A stretch of DNA of 64,000 bases from Verrucomicrobiia bacterium (lineage in GTDB: Bacteria > Verrucomicrobiota > Verrucomicrobiia > Limisphaerales > UBA1319), in the NCBI GenBank assembly GCA_963664225.1, contig OY760937.1:4736001-4800000 (forward strand), in the 5' to 3' direction. The notes under the pieces were generated by a model, which had not been told where the DNA came from, made no database searches, and saw only the letters and a list, made by a program, of their open reading frames with translations. This document shows, in pieces, positions 28,572 to 37,416 of the stretch; the first letter of the stretch is position 1; every line of letters begins with the position of its first letter. The position numbers and the translations under genes were made by a program.

Positions 28572-30664
28572 TGCGCGCTCCCCAGTTTTTCGTAATACTT
28601 TCTCACCAATTCAGTAAAATTATCGGGCACGGGATCGCGATCCAATGGAACGAGGCTGTCGGCTCGTTCCTTGCGTGCCAATTCCTCCTGCAGCCAGACG
28701 CGGACTTGCGTCAAGGGCGTCAGGATCTGGTCGCGCACCACGCCGGTGTCGGGTTTTCGTCCGCTCTGCCTGAAATCCTGGCGCATGACCGATGCACGTT
28801 CGCGCACAGTCGCCAATTGATTGCGCAAATCCGAAGGATCGACAACCTGTTCGACATCGCGCAAGCGATCCGACCAGTTCAAATAATCGTTTCCCGTGAT
28901 GGGTCCGCCATCTCCACCGCCAGAGCCCAATTGTTCTGCAATTTGCCGCAAACGATTTCCGCCGCGATCGGCATTGCCGCCTTGTTGGGTTTGCGCGCCT
29001 CGTTGTTGGGAATCCGCGGGACGCTGCTGCGGGTTCGGCGAATTTGCATTGGCCTGCTGTCGATCGGGGCCAGGGCGGTTTCCACCGGGGGACTGTCCAC
29101 TGGCCTGATCCGTGGAATTTGTATTCCGGGTGTCCGAAGCATTTTCTGAAGATCCCTTTTCACCGGACAGTGCCAGACGATTTGTTTCACCTGCATTGCC
29201 GTTTGAAGCTCCGGCTGCGCGGGCCGCTGCGTTTGTGCCTGCACCGCCCATTTCCCGTTCCACCTGGCGAGTCAGGTCATCGAGTTCCTTTTGCGCGTAA
29301 CGCAGCGCATCGGCTTCGCTTCCCAGAACGCTCTCTGCGGCGCGTTCCACGCTGCGCGCCAGTTCAGTGATGTTCGTACGGACCGCGCGCGTCACCTGGG
29401 TGGCCTGCGGGAGAAATCCGCGATCGGTCAGTTGCGAGCCCACGTCGAGGAGGTTCTCCGTGCGCATCTGATCCGCGCGGCGCAGCGTATCATAGAGCTG
29501 CTTCGACAACAGCGGTTCGGTGGCCTCGGCCTGCTCGGTTACGTTGCGCATTCCGGAAAGCAGATTCGTCAACGAACCTTGCTGCTTCTTCATTTGATCC
29601 ACGATTTGCTGGCGCCCGGTTGAATTGTCCAGCGTCTTGTGATCGGGGTTGTTGAGATCATCCAGTCCGCGCGCGATTTCGTCCTGCTGGCGTGCAAGCT
29701 CGCGGGCCTGGTTGCGCAACTCCCGCATCTGTTCGGCAAACTGGCTGGAGGATTGCTTACGCAAATCATCGCGCATGTTTTTCATCCGTTCCTCCGCGCG
29801 TGTGCCGGCGGCGAGGGCGCCCGAGGCTGATTGACGCTCCATCTCCTGCGCGGCCTTTTCCATGTCCGAGCGCGTCTGTTCCAGTTGCTTCTGTGTTTCG
29901 GCTTGTGCGCTGGCATTGGGCGACTGGTCGAGTTTCTGGCGCATTTCATCCACCTTCGCCAGCATCTGACGCTGCTCATCCTGGAGGCGCTTGAGCTGAC
30001 GTTGAAGTTCCTCGCGTTCCTGAACTGTGCGCGCGGCCTGCAATGCGGTCTGAAGTTCGCGCAGACGGCCGTTCAAATCCTGCTGGCGCTGGGAAAGTTC
30101 TTTGAGGCGATCCGCCGTCTGCGTCTTTTCCCGCTGCTGCGCATTTTGGGGTGTTGAGGCCTGACGTTCGGTTTCGTAACGGTTTTCCTCCCGCTTCATA
30201 TCCAGCTCGTCGAGTTGACGCTGACTGGCCTCGCCTGCGCCACTGTTTTGACTGCCTCTCTGTGACCGGTTCATGCGATATTCGCGTGGCGTGACTTTGA
30301 GCAGGGCCTGGTAGGCCGCCTGTTCCGCCGCGAGTGCCGCTGGTAATTTGTCCGGGGACTTCCTGGCGTCGTCCAACGCGGACTGTGCCCGCTCCATTTC
30401 CTTGATCGCGGTTTCCAGCGCGCTGCGGTCACGCAGGCCTTCACCCTTTTCCAACATTTGCCTGGCCTGTTCGAGAGCCTGAATCTGTGCGTCTCGGACC
30501 ACACCGATGTCCGATGAGTAATCGCTGGTGGATCCGGGTGTGGAGGGCGCACCGTTTCTGGCGGGTTTCGCTGAAATCCGTGGCGGACTTGGATTCTCCT
30601 GCGCCATCAGCGGCGCAGTTATCACCAAGCTCACGACCAAAAAGAGGGAAAGCTTCCTTTTCAT
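28568..30664 (-). CDS. Secreted Q/E/R-rich coiled-coil protein (C-terminal half of a DUF4175-like protein)
   Basis: Sec signal MKRKLSLFLVVSLVITAPLMA, long heptad-rich region, WSDRLRDVE, and DRDPVP..F.ELVRKYYEKLG at the end. Confidence 0.8.
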   Translation of the reverse strand: MKRKLSLFLVVSLVITAPLMAQENPSPPRISAKPARNGAPSTPGSTSDYSSDIGVVRDAQIQALEQARQMLEKGEGLRDRSALETAIKEMERAQSALDDARKSPDKLPAALAAEQAAYQALLKVTPREYRMNRSQRGSQNSGAGEASQRQLDELDMKREENRYETERQASTPQNAQQREKTQTADRLKELSQRQQDLNGRLRELQTALQAARTVQEREELQRQLKRLQDEQRQMLAKVDEMRQKLDQSPNASAQAETQKQLEQTRSDMEKAAQEMERQSASGALAAGTRAEERMKNMRDDLRKQSSSQFAEQMRELRNQARELARQQDEIARGLDDLNNPDHKTLDNSTGRQQIVDQMKKQQGSLTNLLSGMRNVTEQAEATEPLLSKQLYDTLRRADQMRTENLLDVGSQLTDRGFLPQATQVTRAVRTNITELARSVERAAESVLGSEADALRYAQKELDDLTRQVEREMGGAGTNAAARAAGASNGNAGETNRLALSGEKGSSENASDTRNTNSTDQASGQSPGGNRPGPDRQQANANSPNPQQRPADSQQRGAQTQQGGNADRGGNRLRQIAEQLGSGGGDGGPITGNDYLNWSDRLRDVEQVVDPSDLRNQLATVRERASVMRQDFRQSGRKPDTGVVRDQILTPLTQVRVWLQEELARKERADSLVPLDRDPVPDNFTELVRKYYEKLGSAQ

Positions 30665-32304
30665 CGACTGGTCTCTTTTGTTGAAATTAATTTGTTTCGC
30701 TGCAGTTTCCAGGTGGCGATCACGATTTGCTTCTGCATCTCTGCAAGGCGCGGACTTTGATTCCCGCCCTGATTGCCTTCCTGGTTTTCCTGTTGATTCT
30801 GGCTGGCGGATGCGCCCGATTGGTCCGCACGGAAGATTTCTTCGAAGGGACGGACCTCGGCGAAGAAGATGTCACTGAACGTGCGGCGAACCTCGCCGTC
30901 CGGGCCGTAATCCTCGGCCCAGGCAAAGTATGAAACCAACTGGTCAATCTCCACCCCGAGTTTTTCCAGGGCGATCTGGTTGGTGAACTGGCGCTTCTCG
31001 TTGGCAGGTGCGGACTGGCCCAGTTCGATGAAATGGGGATCACCGCCCGCAACACCGTAACCGACGCCATACTTCAAAAGCCCAAAATCATCGCGGGCCT
31101 CGCCCTGCAATTGCATTTCTTCCAGGCGCGAAACACGCTGGTCACCGCGTGGAAAGGCGATTTTAATTTCAGGCGGACGATTCGGCAAAACCTGGATTAC
31201 AAACTCAGTCGGAGTCTTGTTGGTGCGTCCATCCGCGTCGAGTAGTTCCAGCAAATAACGCGCATCTTTACTGAGTGCGATGGGATCAAGGGTTGCCACA
31301 GCGTTGGTCTGCACGATGAGCGGCAGCGACTGCTCTTTGCCAACGAATCTTGCGCGCGCCACAGGCTTGTTGAGTTGCAGGGTGTAACTCAGACGCGTGC
31401 CTTCCACTGCGCTGATGCGACGGGTGTCGGGGATTGTTTTATTCGTGAGGCCGGTGTAGTCTGGATAATGAAGTGCGGCATCGGCGCGCGTGAGCGCCGG
31501 AAAATCGAAAACGCGGATTCGATAGTCACGTGTCTTTCTTCCGCTGTACTCGATGTGATAAAGTCCGTCCTCTGTGACTTCCATGAGGCTGATGCCAAAA
31601 ACCGGATCGGCAAGGTGGCGCGCCAACGGCAGGCGTTGTGATTTGCCGGAAGCAGGAACAAGTACGAGCGCCGCCTCCGGGGGCGGCTGTCCGCCGAAGC
31701 GTGCGGAAATCACCAGACCCATTCCGCGCTCAATTTGGGTATCGCCGGGCGTCACGACAATCTCCTCCTTAAATGGCGAATCCGGGAGTCCGATCCATCG
31801 CGGCAATACCAGATTACTCCCAACGGAAAAGATGAGGAGCATGGCGAACAGAATGAGAACGTGCGCGTTACGGGCCAGGCTCGTTTTCCGCGCGATCTCC
31901 TTCCTCCATAACTGGGCTTGGGGATGTGCCAGGGCTTCCTCAATGACGCGAAGCTGTAAATATCCAAACTCACCGGAATCAGGTAGTGGCTCCTGTTCCA
32001 CGGCGGCAGAAATCAAATGCCGAACATCCGGATTCTCCCGCGCGATGACTGCAACCAGGGCGCGGAAATTTGCAGGACGCCTTCGTTCCCGCCGCCACAC
32101 GGCCCACGCTGCGGCAATGCCAACCGCCAATACCAGCCACCAAAGCGGCTGCGTGTTCCAGCCTGTGAGGCTGCGCAATAACAACAGGGAAAGTTCCGCG
32201 ACACACGTTGCCGCCCAGCAACAGGCCAGGCGCCACCACAGCCGGGTGCGGCGCAGTTTGCATTCCAGCGCACCAAGTTGGTTGTGGAGACGGGATTCCA
32301 TCAT
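30661..32304 (-). CDS. DUF4175-like membrane protein (N-terminal half: TM helices plus Ig-like domains)
   Basis: N-terminal TM segments, VTPGD, YPDYTGL, NRPPEI...PRGD, ARDDFGL, VSYFAWAED, SDIFFAEVRPFEE. Confidence 0.8.
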   Translation of the reverse strand: MMESRLHNQLGALECKLRRTRLWWRLACCWAATCVAELSLLLLRSLTGWNTQPLWWLVLAVGIAAAWAVWRRERRRPANFRALVAVIARENPDVRHLISAAVEQEPLPDSGEFGYLQLRVIEEALAHPQAQLWRKEIARKTSLARNAHVLILFAMLLIFSVGSNLVLPRWIGLPDSPFKEEIVVTPGDTQIERGMGLVISARFGGQPPPEAALVLVPASGKSQRLPLARHLADPVFGISLMEVTEDGLYHIEYSGRKTRDYRIRVFDFPALTRADAALHYPDYTGLTNKTIPDTRRISAVEGTRLSYTLQLNKPVARARFVGKEQSLPLIVQTNAVATLDPIALSKDARYLLELLDADGRTNKTPTEFVIQVLPNRPPEIKIAFPRGDQRVSRLEEMQLQGEARDDFGLLKYGVGYGVAGGDPHFIELGQSAPANEKRQFTNQIALEKLGVEIDQLVSYFAWAEDYGPDGEVRRTFSDIFFAEVRPFEEIFRADQSGASASQNQQENQEGNQGGNQSPRLAEMQKQIVIATWKLQRNKLISTKETSR

Positions 32305-34396
32305 GCAGATGCTCCGATGGTTTTCACGCGACGCGCGAGCCAGCCGCTCATGATGATTTCCCCAAGCATGACCGCAAGCACGCCGAGGATCAACCAGCGC
32401 CAGAGTTTCTGGTTGTTTTCGAGTTCAGACTGCTGCAGATGCCGCTGACGTTCCGGTGTCTGCGCGACGGAGAACTCCGTTGGCGTTTTCACGGGCACGC
32501 CCAGTCGTGCGAGTTCATCGGTCAACATCGGCGCGGTGCGACTTTCGTCCAAGGGAAGATTCACGGCGAACCTTTGCTCCCTACCGTCGAAGGTCGCCAC
32601 ATAGATTCCCGGCAAATCGGTATCGGCAAAAGTTTTATGGGCGGGGAGTGTGGCTGTTTTTCCATCGGGTTTCTTCCAAAGCACCTCCGCATCGGACGCG
32701 GAGGGTGAAGGAATCGAATCGCCCGTCGAGAATTGGCAGCGAGTCGTGGACTCAGCGCCGCTCCAATTCAGCATGGTTTGCATGAGCGGTGGAAATTTGC
32801 TGGAGACGGCGAACTGGCTGTCTGCTGGATTCCAACCTGAGGCAAGCACCAGCAAGTTACCCTTCCCGACAGTGATCTGCGTCAGCGCGGGAGAGCCATC
32901 GTCGAATTTCGCCAACACGCGAACTCTGGCATCGTCTGGAAATTGAATGCGTCTATGTTTCCAGAAATGAATATGCGAGAAATCGCTGAAGCGCGGATCG
33001 GCAAACGGGGCAAACAAAGGATGCGTGAAGTCGATCTGGCCGAGCAATGCATATTCGCCGGTCGCCTCGGTGATTTGGATTTCATGCAGATCAGTAAGCG
33101 ACGTGAGCGTGGCGGTCATCTGGGGCTCCGTCAAAACCATCAAGGCGGTCTTGCCGCGCGTCAGCCAGTCGCGCATGGCCGTAAATTCATCCGCTGCGAG
33201 GGGAGCGGGAATGACTGCAAATGCCGCTTGATTCAACAACGCTGGAGAAAAGACAGACTGTGTCGTTGGTGGAGCGATTTCAATTAGTCGCCGGGGTGTC
33301 CTGGAAAAACACGTTGAACGTAGTAGCGCAACTTCTCGGGATCGTTGGCCGATTCCAAACCGAACCACGCGATTTTCACATGCTCCACCTCGGGTGCCGC
33401 ATAATACGTTTGGTTGTCGAAGTCGGCTTCGTCACCGCTTAATTGAAGATTCCCCGCTGTCATGCCGGTGGGGAGTTTCGGCGTTGTAAAGGTGCGTGTC
33501 TGTCCCGGCGGCAAATAGATTTCCATTGGTTCAGCGACTGCGCCATTTGCAATGGGCGATGCCCAGGCCAATCGAAAATGTTCGCGGTTGGAATCGCGGG
33601 CGTTGGTGACACGTACGCGCACAGCGCTTTCTTCACCGGCGGGCGTGATCGCTTCAGTCATGATTTCCAGGCCCGCGTTGGCCTGAGGTCTGGCATCCAC
33701 GCGTTCAATGATTGTATTTACACCCAGCGGCCATTCGTGTCCCTGCAGCCCATTGAGCTTCGCGCCCTCCTGCAAATCGGTAATCAAAACCAGTTCCCGA
33801 CGTCCCTGGAACCTGCCATTTGCCGGGTTGTCCACGAACTGTTCGGCGGCGCTGGTCAACGCGAGTCCGAGCTGCGTTCCCATCCAGCCTGGCGAAGCAT
33901 CGGCCAACCGCTGCCGGGCCAGGGATGAGCGCTGGTCCGCGCTCCAGGAGGACCACTCCGCAAAACTGACGAGCGTGTGCGGTTGGCGGTCGAACGTCAC
34001 AATGGCGAATTGAACTCCGGGTGAGGCCTTGGCCAGGTAGCGTTCACCGACGGCGCGCGCTTTATCCCAGAGGCCTTCCCGTTTCATGCTGGCGCTCGTA
34101 TCGATCAGCAGAATGACGTCGCGGTTTTCAACGGTCGAGGCCGGCAGCGCGATGTCCTTTGAGAAGAAGGGCCGCGCGAATCCGATGGCAAGTAACAGCA
34201 AACAAAGACAGCGCAGGAGCAACAGCCACAGGTGCTCCAGTTTGCGACGACGGGTGATGCGTGGAGGCGTGGGAGTTAAAAACATCAACGAACTGAAAGG
34301 AATGCGTTCCTTCACCGCCCGGCGGATGAGATGGAACAGGATGGGTCCCGCCACCGCGAACGCGCCCAGCAAAAACCATGGAGAGAGGAAGTTCAT
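32301..34396 (-). pseudogene. BatA/vWA domain membrane protein interrupted by a frameshift near 33300 (true pseudogene or assembly error)
   Basis: The 5' ORF (33284-34396) has the BatA N-terminus (MNFLSPWFLLG..PILFHL..FSSLMFL..FARP) and MIDAS DTSAS. The 3' ORF (32301-33368) continues in another frame (HPLFAPF, AVNL..ES, C-terminal TM). Confidence 0.8.
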
Positions 34397-35358
34397 GGTG
34401 GCAACACCGATTGGGTTCGACGGCGAATCACCTTGCCACGCCTGCTGCGGCTTTTCAGAAAATCAAACAGCGCCAGTTCCAGCGGCTGATTTGTGACGAC
34501 GCGTTGAAAGGCAAAGCCCAGCTTGCGGCAGACGCTTTCCACGCCGGTCGTGTGCTGTTGAAGACGGTGCTGGTATTCCGAACGCACTGCTTCGGGATCG
34601 AGATAGAAGTCTTTCTGGCTTTCGACATCTTGAAACAGCATCGCGCGATCGTAGTTGAACGCGAGTTCATTGGGATCGAGCACCTGAAAGATCACTAATT
34701 CATGACCGGCGGCGGTGAGTCTCGTAAGGTTCCGCTCCAGTTCGTCCACCGGCGCCAGGAGATCGGAGATGAGAATGATCAGGCCGCGTTTGCGGGCCAG
34801 TTCGGCCGCGCGGCGCAACGGTTCGCCCAGATTGGTTTCGCCACCTGAGGATTCCCTTTCCAGTGCAAGCATGAGCTGCCGCAAATGTCCGTGGCGGTGA
34901 CGCGCGGGGAGGTAATCCTGCACCCGCCCTGCAAAAGTGAACAAACCAACCGCATCGCCCTGGCCGTTCAGGAACCATGCGAGGGTTGCCGCCAGCGTGC
35001 GCGCGTAGTCGGACTTGGAATAGTCTAGCGAACGGTAGCTCATGGAACGGCTTTGATCCACGAGCAGATGGCACCGCAGATTGGTTTCATCCTCGAACCG
35101 TTTAAGGTAATAACGGTCCGAGCGCGCATAGAGCCGCCAGTCGAGGTAGCGGGTGTCATCGCCGGGGGAGTATTGGCGATACTCGGTGAATTCCACGGAA
35201 AATCCATGATATGGGCTGCGGTGCAAACCATTCCAGAAGCCCTCAACCACGACCCGGGCGCGCAGTTCAAGATTGCGAATCGCCATTAGGGCTTTCGGAT
35301 CGATGAAGCTTTCTTCGCGTGAAAGCGAAGAAGCCGTGGTTTGCGTCAAGGCAGGCAT
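34393..35358 (-). CDS. DUF58 family protein (vWA-like MoxR partner)
   Basis: GLHRSPYHGFSVEFTEYRQYSPGDD.RYLDWR, KRFEDETN, VDQSRSM, ILISDL. Confidence 0.95.
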   Translation of the reverse strand: MPALTQTTASSLSREESFIDPKALMAIRNLELRARVVVEGFWNGLHRSPYHGFSVEFTEYRQYSPGDDTRYLDWRLYARSDRYYLKRFEDETNLRCHLLVDQSRSMSYRSLDYSKSDYARTLAATLAWFLNGQGDAVGLFTFAGRVQDYLPARHRHGHLRQLMLALERESSGGETNLGEPLRRAAELARKRGLIILISDLLAPVDELERNLTRLTAAGHELVIFQVLDPNELAFNYDRAMLFQDVESQKDFYLDPEAVRSEYQHRLQQHTTGVESVCRKLGFAFQRVVTNQPLELALFDFLKSRSRRGKVIRRRTQSVLPP

Positions 35359-35422
35359 GGTTAAAGAGAATTAGCGCACGGTTGCATTTGTTGCCTGACC
35401 ATTCGAATTGGGCGGAGTGAAA

Positions 35423-36433
35423 TCAAATCTCCGGCTCCTTCACCGTTTCCAATAAGCGGCGGATGATGTCTTCCACGTTGGTTCCTTCCGCCTCGGCGCG
35501 ATAGTTTACGAGGATGCGATGCCGCAGGACGGCTGCGCCAAGCGCTCGAATATCCTCACCGGACACATGAGACCTGCCTTGCAGTAGCGCCCGCGCTTTC
35601 GCCCCCAATACAAGAAACTGGGCGGCGCGAGTGCCGGCACCCCAGCTCACCCAGTCGTTTACGAATGCAGGCGAATTCTTTTGTTGAGGCCGGGATGCGG
35701 CGGTCAATCGCACCGCATAGCGGATGAGATCCTGCGCGATCGGCACCTGCCGGACCAGTTCGTGAAAGCGCAGCACATCTTCTCCGGTCAAGAGCGGTTC
35801 AATGATAGCCGGTCGGCGCGCCGTGGTTTGCTGCACGACCGCGACTTCCTCGTCCTCCGGCAAATAATCCATCACGACATTGAACATGAAGCGATCGAGT
35901 TGCGCCTCGGGTAGGGGATAAGTGCCCTCCATCTCAATGGGATTTTGCGTTGCGAGCACAAAGAACGGCTCTGTCAGAACATGGCGGACGCCCGCCGCGG
36001 TCACTTGATGCTCCTGCATGGCCTCCAGCAGCGCCGCCTGAGTCTTGGGTGGTGTGCGATTGATCTCGTCGGCGAGGATCATGTTCGCAAATACGGGGCC
36101 GCGCACGAACAGCATCTTTCGTCCCTCGTCGGTGTCCTGCAGAATCTCCGTGCCCGTGATGTCCGCCGGCATGAGATCGGGGGTGAATTGAATGCGCTGA
36201 AAATTGAGGTGGAAGATTTGCGCGATGGATTTGACCAGTAGCGTCTTGGCCAGGCCGGGCGCGCCGGTGATCAGACAATGCCCGCCCGAGAACAGGGCGA
36301 TCAGGATTTGCTCGATCACTTCCTTTTGGCCGACGATGACCTTGGCCAGTTCCGTTTCGATTTTGGCGCGGCCGGTGATTAATTTGTCCACGGCCTGCGC
36401 GTCGTTGAGTTGATTTTCGGTTGCTGCTTCCAC
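35423..36433 (-). CDS. moxR: MoxR family AAA+ ATPase
   Basis: Walker A GAPGLAKT, RIQFTPDLMPADITG, LADEINRTPPKTQAALLEAMQE, ATQNPIEMEGTYPLPEAQLDRF. Confidence 0.97.
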   Translation of the reverse strand: MEAATENQLNDAQAVDKLITGRAKIETELAKVIVGQKEVIEQILIALFSGGHCLITGAPGLAKTLLVKSIAQIFHLNFQRIQFTPDLMPADITGTEILQDTDEGRKMLFVRGPVFANMILADEINRTPPKTQAALLEAMQEHQVTAAGVRHVLTEPFFVLATQNPIEMEGTYPLPEAQLDRFMFNVVMDYLPEDEEVAVVQQTTARRPAIIEPLLTGEDVLRFHELVRQVPIAQDLIRYAVRLTAASRPQQKNSPAFVNDWVSWGAGTRAAQFLVLGAKARALLQGRSHVSGEDIRALGAAVLRHRILVNYRAEAEGTNVEDIIRRLLETVKEPEI

Positions 36434-36474
36434 AATGCCTTATGGTTGGTGATGGGTTGATGGTTTAAGCGCGG

Positions 36475-37413
36475 TTAGTGGGTCATCAGATAAAAAATGA
36501 TGTTGATGCCGAGCGGGTAGCCGCGTTTCTCGGAAAACTCATGAAAGAACCAATCGTCCTCGCCCTCGCGCTCCCAACTGTCGCCGTTGTCGGTATTGTG
36601 CGTGGCGATTACCATGATGTGACCTTTGTCGTCATAAATGGCCCGAATATGAACGTTGCTGCAATCCTCGGGACTGCCGTCCACATAGCGGTGATTGGTT
36701 TCCCAGGTGAAATCGGTCGAATGACGCTGAACTGCAAAAGGCATCGCCGGTGTCTGCAGCTTGTTTTTCGGGACATTGATATCAAACACGCAATGAAAGA
36801 TCGGATGGTCCATGGGCAGGTCCACGAATTCACGATCGGGAAAGACGCGCTTCATCTCGCTGGCGAAAGTTTCCCATTGCCATTCGCCCCAGAAATCATC
36901 CGCCATTAGCACTCCGCCGTTAGTCAGGTATTTTCTGAGAATGGGAACCTCCTCATCGCGCAGTTGCAGCCCGCCGGGTTCGACCATGTAAATCCAGGGA
37001 TAATTGAAAAGGTCGGGATCGGTCAGCCGGAGGGTGCGGCCATTGGGATCCGTCCTGATGGAAGTAATCTGCTGAAGTCGGAATGAAAAATTCAAATCGC
37101 TGTCCGGAAAATCGGTGATCCAATTACCCGCGCTGCGCGAGGTATAGGGATCGCGGTCGCGGATGATGCGCACGAATGTAAAGACGTCCTTCTCGAATCC
37201 GGGCGCGTTGGTCCATTCAGGCGAGCCTGTGCTGTGCGAGGCAATTTCGCGTGCGGTGCGCACCTTGGTTTCATCCACCCAATCGCCTCCTTCAGTGCGG
37301 ACCATGTTCCCGTCGCCCCAGCGGCGTCGCGGGCCGAAAGGTTGCGCAATGCAAAGCCCGGCGAGAAGCGCCATTGCCGCTACAAGCAGGATTATTTTGG
37401 GGGAAGTTCTCAC
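36475..37413 (-). CDS. Secreted DUF4159 domain protein
   Basis: Signal peptide, FTFVRI, W.TDFPDSD.N, LFNYPWIY.VEPG, LRKYL.NGG.LMADDFWG, HPIFH, GINIIFYLMTH. Confidence 0.9.
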   Translation of the reverse strand: MRTSPKIILLVAAMALLAGLCIAQPFGPRRRWGDGNMVRTEGGDWVDETKVRTAREIASHSTGSPEWTNAPGFEKDVFTFVRIIRDRDPYTSRSAGNWITDFPDSDLNFSFRLQQITSIRTDPNGRTLRLTDPDLFNYPWIYMVEPGGLQLRDEEVPILRKYLTNGGVLMADDFWGEWQWETFASEMKRVFPDREFVDLPMDHPIFHCVFDINVPKNKLQTPAMPFAVQRHSTDFTWETNHRYVDGSPEDCSNVHIRAIYDDKGHIMVIATHNTDNGDSWEREGEDDWFFHEFSEKRGYPLGINIIFYLMTH

Positions 37414-37416
37414 ATG

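Noticed and set aside
33297..33315. Programmed -1 ribosomal frameshift in the BatA gene
   Set aside because: No in-frame X XXY YYZ heptamer and no obvious stimulatory structure. An indel is the simpler explanation.
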